Shown here one piece after another: positions 38,109 to 51,970 of a stretch of 64,000 nucleotides of DNA. A model generated the notes under the pieces. It worked only from the letters and a program-made list of their open reading frames with translations. It was not told the origin of the DNA and did not search any database. This stretch comes from Iphione sp. A-MEVVRFRX5 (Eukaryota): positions 157,728,001 to 157,792,000 of the forward strand of contig OZ320313.1 of NCBI GenBank assembly GCA_976226885.1, written 5' to 3'. A program made the position numbers and the translations under genes. How positions within the stretch are numbered: position 1 is the first letter of the stretch; every line of letters starts with the position of its first letter.

Positions 38109-39222
38109 TCACGTGCGGGAGAAATGCAGTGGGAAACAATTAGCCCGTATTGCTCTGCTCAGGACACTGATGGAATGAATTTAAAAAAGTAATTTGAATG
38201 TTCTGTCTTGTCTAACTGCCAACCCAACCGTGATACATGTATACTTTCCGTGTACGCACACTACAGATCCTAAAGGTATCTATTAGTACAATTTCTGGGT
38301 GTCCGTGTCTGCCTGCATATAAGTTATATGCTGTTCTCTGATTCCTGCACAGTTTCCCTGCTTCCTCATTCTCTTTGTAAATATCAGCGATACAGTCCTT
38401 GCCAATTTGCAAGACAACCTAATAAGATTCAAGGCTTGACAGGTAGTGATGCTTGGAAGCGTCCGGATAATCCGTAGAAGATTGGTACACTCTTCGGAGA
38501 TTGCTACATTATTCATTCGTGTGTGCAGTCAGTGGTCATTTATCACCCCGCTGATGATTTCCTGGTGAAAGGATCATCTATCACCCGGGCTAATGATTAC
38601 AAGGATCAGCTACTTAGCCTCTGGAGCCTGCAAAAGTGGTCACTTTTTATATACTACTCACTCTAGTCTGTCGCGTAATGTCCGTGTATCCCGGCTTTAT
38701 CCCCCTTTTCCATATACTACTCTCATCGTCCAGCCAATAAGCATGAAAAATGACCACCTGCTGTGAGGCGAAGCCATCGGCTTTTTTACAGCCTAGAAAG
38801 TGTCGCTTTGGGAGGTCGAACGAAATGCTGGAGTACACGTTTCTAACACGATCTTCTCGGGTTGGTTGGTGGGCAGGAAACGCGGCTAATGACCTCGATC
38901 AACCCTCGCTTTCGTTAGAATCGCGATCGCAACATATAAATTCCAATTTGCAGCAGGATGATGGGTGCTTCATCCGTGGACGTCGGGAGCTTGGTTCATA
39001 CCGGAGGACCGGGAGACGGTGGTATGCAGGCAGTTATTAAAGGTAAGGCTTCCTCGGCACCGGGAGCAACCCGCTCTAATGGCTGGACATACACGCACCA
39101 GTTTGCCCACTCAATAAAAGAACCGGAGGCGGTTAACGTGTTATACGTACGCTCAAACAAGATCCGTTACGTAATACACAGTGGTAGCATGCCCTTGCAA
39201 TAAGCAGTCATCTAGCCAGGTA

Positions 39223-39470
39223 TCAGATCTCGATATTGTCCTGCTGCCAGCAGAGATCAAGTGCGAGGAGATAACGCCATGGACTGTCTAGAATATTGAT
39301 ATATCGGGTGACCCCTTGGTCTATTGTGGCCCTCTGCCCGTGCCCAGTGCTAAATAGCCGTTCGCTGTGGCGGTCTTCAAACAGGCGTCCGTGACTACCA
39401 GAAGCTACTGGTCTGTCTGAGCCAACATAAATCGCTCGCCATCGCCCGGTCTCTCCACCGGCCAAACGTA
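39223..39470 (-). CDS. Candidate terminal exon after a strong acceptor, unknown product
   Basis: Minus-strand acceptor TTTTTTTTTCTCTCAG ending at 39471, then ~82 open codons (..TRYINILDSPWRYLLALDLCWQQDNIEI*). No homology recognised. Confidence 0.15.
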
Positions 39471-39641
39471 CTGAGAGAAAAAAAAACGCCTTCCTGTACT
39501 GCCACTTGTGTCCTTTATTGCGAGCATAAATCCAGTGCTGCCTCCGTTGTTTTATTCATGTCCCCTGGTCAATAAGAGTGTCATATTGCCCCGGCAGAAG
39601 CCGGCGCCCCGCCAGCGGCCAGGGCGGCAAGCTCCACAGGC

Positions 39642-39673
39642 CGTCGTCGTCGTCGTCGTGACGTCGTCGTCGT
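39642..39673. repeat. Interrupted (CGT)n microsatellite
   Basis: (CGT)6 GA (CGT)4. Confidence 0.9.
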
Positions 39674-42600
39674 CAACACTGGTGGCAGGCAGCACCTGCT
39701 TTGGTGGGGATTCAGCTGGGGCGAAGGGAGTGCAATCACCACCACAGTAATCCGCACGGCCTTCAGCGGCCTCAACTCTGTCGGGTCGGCCGGGGGGAAT
39801 ACGAACTGACGCACTCAGTAGTAAATCTCTCTGCTCCTGTCGACCGGTGTCGCACCCGTGTCGTTCATAGCTCTACTGGCCTTGTAAACCCAGTGAAGAC
39901 TCCAGGACAGTGTGGTGGGTTACTGGGTGGGGGGTGGGGGGAGGGACAGGGACAGGGGAGGGATGGTACCCAGAGGTCGTCTCATATATGGTTTGGAGCG
40001 CCTGTGACAATATGTTCAAAATCTCAGGAATTCCGGCCGAACATCCCAAAGTGTAATAACTGGTGTGTTGTAAGGATCACTGTCAGCAATAATAATGTCC
40101 CTCGCGCATATATCCAGGCAAATGGATTCTCACAACAAGAAAACTGTTCATTAAATATTCACCATTTTTTTGCGGATGAACCGCTCATCATACAGCCGAT
40201 GGTTTTAACCTTCTGACTAACAACACCGACAAGGCGGTATTTGGAGGATGCCTTTAATTAAACGTACGTGAACGCACCGATACTAAGCTAGTGCTGGCCT
40301 GGGCGCAACCTGGACCTCTTAGCTTCCTAGATTGCCACAAATAAGACGTGCAGAAGTAACAACAAAGTGAATGTCCTATCTATCACGTCTCTCTCATGAA
40401 TGACTCTCCCGGTCTTAATTACATTCCTGGACGAGTACAGATCACCGACAGGATGCCTCCTAGGAAACGTCGGTCTTTTGATCATAACGGGACAAATTGA
40501 CTGTACCAGCGTTGTTGTACGTTCCTGTAGTTCTTCAATCACACCTGCTGTCAGTACAGTAAGTATTATTAATCAGAATGGTTCCATCAGTATGCACAGT
40601 GAGAGGCGCGGCGCGAGGGAGGGGCAGGGGGTAGAGGCAGAGGGATTGCTGATCAAAGGACAGAATCAGTAAAAGCCGGCTTTGGGTGTCTGAGATGACG
40701 AGCGCTGTGACGTGATTGTTTGTGGAGGACACCCTACCCGCCACCAGTGGGGTGGATGTCTGTGATACGCACCAAAAGGCCTCAACGCCTTCGCAAGTTC
40801 CCTTTCTCTATCTCTCACCAACCGCTTCCGCCCTCCGAACTACCTCCAGCTCCAACTGGCTCGCCTGACATGACCACCATCTGAATGTCAACTTGTTGCA
40901 AGTAATTCTGACATATCATCGATAATTCAGCCATTCAGCTGGAAGAACATGGCAGCTTATCTTCGTTTTACACTTGGACACCTTCTGTTAGAAGCTCCCG
41001 CTCGAGAAATCCAGAGATAAAATAGGTTATCAGGTTGAGTCCAAAAGGGTGAACGATCCGTTTTTCTTCTTGTAGAAATCCGAATTACATCCGCGTGCTC
41101 AGAATTCTTTCTATGTGATTTTATCTTGGTATATCAATAATAAACTCATCTACTCGTTGTTTCGGTCTAAAAAAAAGTTCAGGCACCGACATCAAATGAA
41201 TATAGCAAGCAAAGGTCAAACACGGCCCATTGATTGAGTGGCTAAGCCCGCAGGAAGGTGAGCAGCTCGCCGCCCGTGTCCTTGGTGCACAACCCGACGA
41301 GGCGTGCAAAGAAACATGGAGCCTTCGCCAGTCTGAGCATCTGCTATTGGCCAATGGGGGCATACCGACCGCCAATTGAACTCACCGCTTGGGTGCGCAT
41401 CGAGCAGTTCGCGAACAAGTCCCCCCCTGGAACTGCTCAAGTCATGGTCTTTGGCCTGGTTGGCAATCAGAAGGGTGGACGTCTCCAGCCCAGATCCACA
41501 TGAGAATCCGCCTGTTCGTGCCTGACACCTCGGAGGTGGATCGATATTGAGGTCGATTTAAATGGGGCAGTTTACGTTTCAGGGCGAAGGCGTGGGTGAG
41601 TCTGTGACTTCAGTGCACCACCAGTTTAAGAGGCACCGTCTGGCACGTGCCCCTGCCCGTCCACACGCAGATCAAGCTGGCTGTGGCCGAACCCAGGCCA
41701 GACTTACCAGAAACAACTGAGTCTCCTTTAGGCAATAACAATAGGTGTTGCTGTTATCATTACATTGGGCCGCCTCACAAAATAAAAGGACAATCTGCCA
41801 GTGTAATCAGCCAGGGGGGACTCAGGTGCGGATGTATTTTCCCGTTCACAGGCCCACTCCTGCAGCTGACACGTCTAGCCGCTAGGCGGCCAGTCTAAGG
41901 CGCTGAATTCGGTGGTGGTAGCGTTTAAGGCAACTCAATATGCCCCCCGGGGTCCTTTATTGTAAATCAATAGAGATGGCTTATGAGATTGCACCTCTTC
42001 AACGCTGATACGCAAGCAATCGACGAGCTGTGTCTCTCTTGGTGACAGGTACTTCCGCTTGGTTACTTACTCGATGACGAATTCAAGACCACTGACAGGA
42101 AGCAAGCGAAATAACTCCATCCTGACGCCATTTCGCTTCACCGTAAGGGTGGCACATTTGCTGGAATGACATTGGAGCCGATGGAGCTAGTCTATTTTTG
42201 TCCCAATGGAAGATAGACCGAGCGATTCATACGTAACACCTTACATAAGGTTATCACTGGAGAGCCATTAGCTATGGTGTATAGGTCAAGATTGTCAGGG
42301 AACGACAGAACACCTGCTGAGCTAATGTCGCAGCGGCACCAGTCCACTTTCATCAATAATGAAGTAAGGTTTCACTGAACTGTTTCCCCTGGATGTTGAA
42401 TGTCTTTGTCAGTCATAAGCAATGTACGCTAGAAGGACTTTCATCCTGTAGTTTCTAAAACCTCAACGGTTAAGTGTCTCACAATCAAATAGTTGAATTT
42501 ACCTGAGTAGGAGTGGGGTCGTGCGTCTCTTGCTATTAGAAAAGTAAATGGCATACGCCGTCGGTGCTGAACATCCAGATGTATGGGATTTCCTATCTAC

Positions 42601-43172
42601 TGCATCTGGATACTACTTGAAAGTCTGCCTATATGAATCACTAGTTTACTTTTATTGTGTGTTCTTTAACTCTTCCCGCGTGTACACATACTTATTGGTC
42701 GACCCAACATGATTCATTCTGCTCTACAAGAAAGTCCAAAAGGAAAGTGTATAATAATAAAAAAAAAAAAAAAAGGCCTGTGCAAAATATTGCGAATGAA
42801 TTTTCCGCACAATGCCCTCTAGTGGTGTGACTGGCGTTTCAGACAGATTCTTCAATCCATGTCAAAGACAGGCGATGGTTTTACGTAGGAGGAACAAGCA
42901 ATGGGTCTCGAAGCGCCCTGGCTGGCCGCTGGTCAGTAATCAATCCGAGCCACACGCAGCGTGCTCTGACGGCAAGTAGTATTAGCAGTGACAGACCCAG
43001 TCAGGCTCCAAACCCGCTATCGTGCCCAGAGGTCCGAATGCCACGCGTGCCCCACACAATGCGCGGCCAGCGGGCTGCATGACGACCACATGCTGTGCCT
43101 TTCATCCTCGGCTCGATACGTTATGCACACGCCTAATGGCAGTGGAGTGAATACACGGCAACGGGGCTGGCG

Positions 43173-43203
43173 GGAGGAGGAGGAGGACGACGACGACGAC
43201 GAC
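43173..43203. repeat. Compound (GGA)n(CGA/GAC)n microsatellite
   Basis: ggaggaggaggaggacgacgacgacgacgac. Confidence 0.9.
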
Positions 43204-46200
43204 GGGTGGGCGGCCCTTAGGATAACTGTCAAGTTCGTCGGGCAGACTACAAACAGTGTCTAACATCACGGCAGTGCAGGGTTGAATTGACAAAGTGTAC
43301 TGTGCTTAGGTAATGTGAAAAAAAGCCTGTGTTTATAAAGCACCCAAGACACCCAGGCAACGCGGTTCACCGTATCCAAAACTCAAATCAATGCCGTGAA
43401 GAGAACGGAGCACTCAAATCGATGTTCTGTCCCGTTTTAGTATAAGCGTGTACCAAGAGATGGTGTCATCTGGAAGGCGGGCCCTCAACTGCCGTCGTTA
43501 AAGCTGTGGGTCTTTTTTTCTCTCACGTTTCGGGTTGCCTTCACTGTTACGGCGGGTGCTGCTCATACATGTACGATGCTGGGTACTGCTTCAGGCCTGC
43601 TCCTCTTTGCCTATGGGTGCTGCTCTTATTGCTGCCTGCAAAATGCTATTACTACTACTCCTGCTGCTGCTAGTGCTGCGTCTGCTGCGGCTGCGGCTGA
43701 TGTGGCCGCTGCTTTACAATAGCCATCACTAGCCGCCCTATTTGTGGCCCGCGCTGCACCTCGTTTCCCCCTATAGTGCCGATCTGATGGGCACGTTCGG
43801 CCAGACGAGGCGGCAGACACCAATATCCATTAGGCGCCCGCCCAAAGAGCTGCCTGATGTACCGCTGGCCGAGTGGACGGCCGCAGTGTGTCCTCTCTAA
43901 GCCGGCGGCGGGCGGGGCCGGCCTCTCCGCCAAGTCAGCGCTAGTTACAGTGGGCCAGCCTCTAGAGGCCCGCCACGGGGAAGGCCAAGTGCTGACCGTA
44001 TGGTGGCCACCGCGATGACAGAGGCTATTATTAGGACGAGCAGAATGGTAATCACGACTGGCGAACAATTAGCGGAAATAAGAGACGTTCTGATGTGTAC
44101 TTCTGTCCGTGGAAGACCACCGCTGCTGCTTTCACCTCACGAGGGCCAGCGGCATTCTCAGTGCTGCTGGAACCACTCTGGATCCTGATAGTTTGCTCAT
44201 CTAATTCCTTTGCAATCAGATGTAAGTCTTTCCAGTGCGCCTTGTCACGGACTAAATGAACTTTCGTACAGCTAGCGCTCGCTATATCCAGCAAGCACTA
44301 TGTCAGACTTTCCTGCGGCCTGGTGTGTGTGGTATAAGACAAGCGGGGTATTGAACGCATCTGCTATAAGCCATCAGCCAATTGTTATTCCAATTGCCTG
44401 ATTGCCAACTAGAACCAGTTTTCTTCGGTAATGCTTCCAGACAGCTACATCTCGTCGTATTAGCATGCTTCTTCCATCAATTGTAGATGTATTATCGATT
44501 GCAAGCAAATGCGTCCGCAAAACACACATGAGAATTACTGAATGTTTTGTATGCACTTCGTGTGAAGCATCAGTTTATCGTGTACGAGCTTCATTAAGTC
44601 TTACGACCACCTACGACGAAGGCAGATATCGTTCCTTGGTGCGGGTGGCGAACAGTCTCTACCCCCTAAAGCTCCAGACACCCCCTATGACTATCTGTTT
44701 AATGGTATCTGCTGTCTCCAGTGACAGGGCGTCCCATGTTTATCACCTCCTTGGCAATAAATCTCTTCCTAACCCTAGAAGCCCTGAAGCACATGGAGTA
44801 GCGTTCATGTGAAACGACGGTTGGCGAGGCACAGGCCAAAGTGAAACCGGCCGGTGCGAGGAATGTCAAAAAAAACATATCCTGTACACGGAGTGATAAT
44901 TAAATCATCACCTTAGCAATGCTCTCACACATACAAAGTGGAAACGCTTCATTTCGCAGCTGTCCATATGTTTCGGTTTATTTCACTTGTCCAGCCTGAA
45001 TCGAGATGGCCGTTTCACCCGCCGTGTAGGAAATCTGACACTGGATATCGCCTTCGTGTGTCGGCTCACTTTACGATTCTTCGCTGAGCGTTATACGTGA
45101 CATGTGCCGAGGGGCCGGAGCATCTAAGAAAGCATGGGTCAAAAGGTAGAAATCCCTGTGGGCTCGTCTTTTGATCCCGTCGCTGTAACACGCCTGGTCC
45201 TGCAGGAATCTTGGAGCCCGGCCAGCAATGCCTCCTCCGTCAGCAGTGGCCTGTGCGGGTCGCTACTGTTGTCATATGGAAGAATCCAGTCTGCGAATCG
45301 TTCTGGGATTTCTGACAGTGGAAAGTTGATAACGTCGGCCTGGAGTTATTATTCCACGGGGCTTCCCCCCCGAAAGCGTACTCTATTTGTACGATAAGTT
45401 CTTTTGGAAATTTTTACAGCGAGAGAGATTCTAGCGTGCCCTGCTTTTACGGTGGTTGGAAGAGGGGCATGTGGAAGTTTGAAATGATAGTCCTTTTCGA
45501 CTATCTCAATTATGGGTCCACTTTGCAGATGGAAATTCTCCCTGAAATGTTTATTGACCGGAACGATTTTCTGGCCTAAAAAGGTACCAGATACTCTTAA
45601 AGACGCTCCTCCACAGCGTTAGAAATCTCTTCTTTAAGTGAGCTCTTGGGTGGAGATCCGTGCATGGTGGACTCCCTCGCCTTTGGTCGCTCTGCCATAT
45701 CACATGGCAGCACAAGCGTTCTTTTACTGATGGATCACACCAGTTAGGACTAGGTGTGGAAACATGAACAACGTAGCTGATCAGCAGATACCCTGTTGTT
45801 TTTTTAGGTCAATGCGCCCAACTCCTCTTTCTAATCTATCATCATATAATGCAGACCTTCAACAACGACATCACAGATACGGCCAGAGGCTGGCTGATCT
45901 GCTTTATGAGCGGACAAGAGGTATTCCGGGGCGTTCAACACGACACATGCACACTCCCCTCCTGCAACTACATCCCCCTTCCTCCGCTCATGCTCCTCCT
46001 CTCACCCCTCAGTTAACCAATGCTGCTGCCGTGGATGGTTTTGGGTCCGGCGGCCGCGGGCGGTGTGTGACTGCCGCGCTGGGCTAGGGGTAGGTCATCA
46101 CTCAATGCGTGTGCAGGCCGAACCGAGCAGCCGACGACGACGACGACGACGTCCCGCGCCATGCGTCACTGGGTGCGCCAAGATCAGGCCGCCCGTACCA

Positions 46201-46728
46201 ACAACCCACAGGTGACTCCATGCACAGCCACGCTGCGCGGCGACGGCCTTAGCAGCTGTGGTGTAGGCAGCAGGCGGACGAGCCGCCGGTTCCACCAACG
46301 GGTACCCTGGTGTGTTCATAAATAGCGTGACAGTCTCCCCCCCGGGGGGGTCACTGATACAGAGGTGCCTATACAACTCGATGGGGGGAGGGAGGGAGGG
46401 AGCCTCTCTTCTTCGGTAGTTTCTGCAGTCAAGCTTCACTTCGTGTAGGACATGTAGCGTCACCGCGGAGGAGGAGTAGTGTCCTGCCTCGAAAAGGTGG
46501 GGAGGTAGGGCCAATGCATCGTTCACCGATGGGTAGAAGCACTTGGCCCTTCCTGTTTGCCGACACTGCCACCAGGCAAACGGTCGGAGTGCCCTTGGAT
46601 GGGGTGTTGTGGTGACATGCAGCCTCTATCTTGCTAGATCCACATGATGCTTTTCTTTAACGTCGGAGCGAGATACTGGTGGGCGGATGCTAGCAGCTGT
46701 CTCCTCTGTGAGCAACAGCAACCAGGTT

Positions 46729-46868
46729 CTCCTCACCGTCCTCCTCCTCCTCCTCTTACTCCTCCACCGCCTCCTCCTCCTCCTCTATCCCGGTACTATT
46801 GCTGGTATGACAGACGCTGCGGCTGCTGCTGCTGCTGCTGCTGCTACTGGTGCTGGTGATGGTGGTAG
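46729..46868. repeat. Compound (CCT)n / (GCT)n / (GGT)n triplet repeats
   Basis: ctcctcctcctcctc...gctgctgctgctgctgctgctactggtgctggtgatggtggtagtg. Confidence 0.88.
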
Positions 46869-47195
46869 TGTTGCGAGGGCGGTACCAGTAAGGTGTACGG
46901 ACGAGTCTGATGAGAACCCTTCTCAATGGCTCCATGACATGCCACCCACAGCCCGATTCCAAAACGGCATAGGCTGTCCGCTCCCTACTACACCTGCTGC
47001 GGCCGAGAGATGCTCATCGCTGTCACAACTGGCTGCACTGAGCTGCTCACCACCGAGCCAGCCCCCCTCAGACACTATAGCACCTAGTAGGTTGAGGCTG
47101 CCGCTCAGCCGGAATAAGACTATTCAACGTGTGTGTCTCTCCGCCTGCTCTAGTGGGAGAAATGCTGCTTCGGTCTCCTCCGCCGCGCTAGAGCT

Positions 47196-47283
47196 GGTGA
47201 TGGCGGTGGCGGCGGTGGTGGTGGTGGCGGCGGCGGCGGTGGCGCCAGCAGTGGCGATGCCGGCGGTGGCGGCGGCGGCAGCA
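47196..47283. repeat. Degenerate (GGT/GGC)n triplet repeat
   Basis: ggtgatggcggtggcggcggtggtggtggtggcggcggcggcggtggcg...ggcggcggcggcagca. Confidence 0.88.
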
Positions 47284-50200
47284 CCAAGTAGAATGGCCCT
47301 CCTGCCTACAACAACCGCCAATGCTAGCCAGCCGTGCCTGGCATATGCACCGCCATTACTGCGGCGACCGGTTGACCAAGCCGCCAGGTTACAATGCAGG
47401 CCTGTAGGTGTGAGGCCTGACTGTGAAAGTGAAAACGGGTTGATGTGAGTGAGGGGAAGGGGGGTTGGGGGCGAGGGCGGGGGCGGGGGCTAACAGGGCG
47501 TGAGAGAGCCTGAAAGGGGAACCCCATATTTTGAAGCTGACCACGGTTGACAATGCTGTATGCCGTGTTGGCAGCGTGTGGATCAACACTCAGGCAAAAC
47601 ATACATTATCCGAGACGGCAGCACGGCGACCAAAGTCAGGGGAGGAGCGATGGATAGGGACAGAACGACGGCAGGAGAGGCAAGGGGACCTGTGCATTGC
47701 TGATCGTCTCCCTACTCGTCCATCGATCGATCGGCCTGCCGCGGGAAGAGAGACCTAACCACCCGTAGCAGCAGTCGGGTAGTAATAGCACACCCCTCCA
47801 GCCTGCCATGTCTCCCGCTCCAACCCCTCAACACAGCGCTGCAGGTATCGCATCCTGCCGATATATACGTATACATACACACATATATACACACACACGT
47901 ATCGTTGCTGGTCAACTGGAATCCCCCAGGCCAGCATGCTAGCGATGCCCCGTGCTGGAGCTCTACCTGCGAAAGTTGCACCGCTGCGCAAATATTGATC
48001 ACTTATAAACGATCGGCAGCACTTTGCTACGGTATAAAGCCGCCGGAGTAGCTGGCTGCGGTCGGCAGAAGCAGGTTATCTAGACCTACCTACCTACCTA
48101 CCATCGAGCACACCGTTAAGGTGGTAACCGCGTCCGCAATCTCTCCCCTCGCCCCCCACCCACCCACCCTCCTCCACCTCCTGGCCCCCCCCCACCCCCA
48201 TCGCCAGCTTTTTGTGAGCATTATAGAAGGAACTGATCTCCCGGGATCGGGCTAGGTAGTAGCATCCCAGCGCGGCCCGGAGGAGTCCTCAACGCGTGGG
48301 CGGGAGGCCATTATGAGTATAGCTCAAGACACGACGATGTGATTTTTATGATAAAGCCAAACCCACGTGTGAAGAACTCACTGATATCAGGTTCAAAGGG
48401 GGCTCTGCCTGGAGGCTACATACTCATACACCTCACTGTGTCCACCCCCCCCCCTCAGAACCTGTCTGTTATGCTTCGTCCGTTTCAAAGGACTCCTATG
48501 CTCACAGTAAAAGAAGTAGTCCGGTAACTTTGTTAATGGAGAGATGTGCTCCGGATGCAATGCGTTAACAAAGTCTAGGCAATGCGCAACATTTGATAGT
48601 TCGCTTTGAGAAAGGGCACCGCGGTATTATAAACATCTTTTAATAAGCGATAGCTCGAGTTGATTTTTTTCCTCAGTTGCATTACCGCTATCTGCCGTTA
48701 TTAATGGGATTATGCCGTCGTACAACTCATCAACGCTGAATCATACCCACTATCTACAGGCTCGAGCGGGACTAATTGCTTTTTCGAGGAGGACGTAGGA
48801 TAACGTATGTGACTGGCTAGAGTTTCTTTTTTTTCTCACAAAGAGTTACGAGGAAATGAAATCGTCTTTGATATTAAGGATCAATCATCTCAAATGTCAA
48901 AGATCACGCCTCTCAGCAATCCCAGGCAGCTTGGTGTAGAGAACTAATATACAACAAACAGTGCTTTTTTATTTCGGTTTCAGTCTTACTCACTGTTATT
49001 TTTTTACCTATCGTAGTAGTTTCCAAGTTGGTTATGAAACTCGAATGATCTTCTGTCAATATGCATAGTTTACCCAGACCCGCCGCCCAAATCTACCTAC
49101 ATTATTACACTGTGCCTTTCACAGGCGTTTCCTCTACTTTAGGGGAGAGATTAAAGCAAAGATGCGGCCTTTTTATCACCGTAATCGTACCACTTGTACA
49201 GCCTGCTATATATAAGATGCTGCTGACGGCGGCCCGTTCTTGCCGACGCGAGCAATTAGTGGGGACGTCTCTTCTTGCCGACCATAAGAAACGTATACTT
49301 GTGTGCACGATTGTCCAATCTGGCTGCGAAGCTGCAACGACTAGCTTTCCAACGACCGGCCAAATAGACTCCAAAGGTCAGAAGGCACTGCTGACAAACG
49401 AGCATCAACAGAGGCGACATCTATCGCACAATGATTACCATTCATTGGAAGTTACAGGTGGCACTCAGGCATAAAGGTGTTTAGGAGGCGTACATATGGT
49501 TGGGGATTCTTAAAGCCTACTGACAGGGTAGGGGCTATAGTGTCCATGAAAGACTCGACAGAATCATACGATGTATCTGTGCATAGCCAGGTGTAGATGT
49601 GAAATACACAGTCAACAGCATGACACAGTGTGTCTGTATATATGATGAAGTGGACTTCATTATCCACTTCAGTGCATTTCGCAAAAAAACAACATACGAA
49701 TCATTCCACAAAGCATCAGTATTCATATTCCTTTTTCAATTACGGAAGAACGGAAAGACTTCATTCCCATATGCCTTCCAGCGCATCTAATCAGAAAGTG
49801 GCTGGATATAATTTTGTCATTACGAAGATTCACTCTAATACGGGCAAGCGGAGTGAAGGATACACGAATCCGAGCTTAAGTTAAAGATACGGTGTTTTAT
49901 CCCTTTATCACAGGCATCCTCCACTCCAGGTCGTTAGTTCTCTGCGATATCACGCAAGGAGACGTGAGACCATTCTTGTTTCAATTACACTTTTAATTTA
50001 ATTACCATCCTTATACAGGCTTGTTGGCCCAACAATCTAATTAAATTTCACTCTGTTCCGCAAAATGTCATGTCTTAAAAAACAAACAAGAGGACAAAAT
50101 CGTTTCGATTTTGCATGATACCATCTAGTAATATCCTTGACGGGGTGAGACCTCACAAAAACAACGGAGTATGTATGACAATAGGATGAAGAAACAAATC

Positions 50201-51694
50201 GCAGAAAACATGTTAACATACGGAATATTTATTGCGCTTCGGGACAGCAAACCGCACGAGTACAAATAAGCAGCTTCCAAATAATGAAAGGCGTCCTTCT
50301 CAGTGAGAAGATGTATCATAAACAGCATCCCAGCTGACTGTTTTTTACTGATGGTAACATCAGTAACATTACCATATCCCATCCCTCGGTATATTGTATA
50401 AATACATGGTTTATCAATTTAAAAAAAAATAGTTTTTTTACCTAGGCCTGATCATATTCAGAGTTAGTGGTCCTAATCCTTCGGGGGTGATATTCAAATA
50501 TGAAACAGGAGGATATTCATATAGTTAACTACACACTCGCTGAGACGGCCCTTTATGAGTAACTACTTAACAGCAGGGATAAATCAGGCGCTGAGGGTGC
50601 CTTTGATATGCATGTACCTCCTAACAAGTTTCCTTTTGGCACTGACCTCGCACAAGCTCCTCCTTCATTTTTTGTGCGGGCGAGGGCGGGGGGGGGGGGG
50701 GGATGGACCTGTTTATGTGCACCGCAACTATCAATCTCCCGAGTGGAAACTTCAGTTTACCTTACGCTCCTGTCGGCCATTTCTCATGAAACCTGACCCT
50801 GAGCACGAGCTGACTCCAATGCTCCAGGCCAGTAGAACCTATCCTCCTCCTCCTCCTCTGTAGCACGGTATTCCCATCACAGACTGACTCAGGAAACACC
50901 CGACCTGCTGCTGGCGTTCGAGGGGTGGGGGGCTTGTTCCTTAATGAGACCAGAATGACGGGTCTTTTATTCGTGGTCATTACTTCAAACGGCGCCTGGT
51001 CTTGTGACGTCTAAAAGCTTCCTTATACAACAAGTTACGGAAATAAAGGACATGGTACGTTGCCATATTCCCTATGAAAAATAACATACGATTTCTCCCC
51101 CCCCCCCATTGAATGGTCAATGCTTCTAACTTTATTGATTTTCCTCGGCATGGATTGACTTATTTATAAAAATAATGCGATGCATGACCATCAATATTTG
51201 AAGTTCGATGCGCGAGGACGTTGGTTTGTCTAAATGGGAAGCGAATATCCTCGGTGGGAGGGTGCCTACGTTTTACCTAACACTGATGAATATGTATCCC
51301 CCCCCTGAAATTATGCAATCAACGGCGTAACAATGAAAACATCCAATTCGTGACTCATTAATGAGAGATGAATGCCGATAACTGGAATCAGCAGTGTCGT
51401 TAACAGACCATTAAGAGTGCCCCTCGGGAGACGGCGAATGAATATCCCACCAAGAAGGAAAGGTTACTATCACTACCGTCTGTTTAATTTCAAAGAGACG
51501 CACAAACACAGAGCCACAGTCAGCGTCAAGCTGGGTCCTACATAACCTCGCGGCAAAATCAATACTGAATATAGAGCACACCCTGCCATGAAAGATTTAT
51601 GACCTTAAGCCATTGCTCCTCCTCCCATTCGGGCCATCCCCCAGTCTAACCGCCCCAGCGTCCCACTCAAGCAGTCACTACCGGGATACATAGG

Positions 51695-51970
51695 CCCCGC
51701 CACCAATCAGCCGGCGCGACTAGCGCCGGAACCATCCGACCCCATCCAACCCCCCACCCCCCACCCCCCTGCCAGGCATGTTTGGCCAGACCCATCTGCA
51801 AGAAGCACAAGAAAAATGCAATTAATATCATCAGGTAATTTTTATAATGGATTGCTGCCGCGGGAAACAAGTGCACACAACGAGGGAACAAACACTCAAA
51901 TGCAAATATTGTTAGTACCTTCTGGGTGTACCCTCCTTCCCGCCCGCCCGCCCGCCCGCCCCCCGCCCCG
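51695..51970. promoter_or_regulatory. Possible promoter-like region: GC box+CCAAT pair and a (CCCG)n array
   Basis: CCCCGCC (51695-51701) next to CCAATCAG (51703-51710); tandem CCCG units at ~51939-51970. No linked gene identified. Confidence 0.2.

Noticed and set aside
42000-42650. Protein-like interrupted frames, including IIDESG (helicase Walker B-like) on the minus strand
   Set aside because: No Walker A or motif III at proper spacing; stop frequency not below chance.
44052-44640. Minus-strand frame that reads naturally if TAA/TAG are Gln (alternative nuclear code or RIP-like decay)
   Set aside because: Stop density in the first ~115 codons is about what random sequence gives, and the Gln-rich 1148-aa ORF contains no TAA/TAG, arguing against TAR=Gln.
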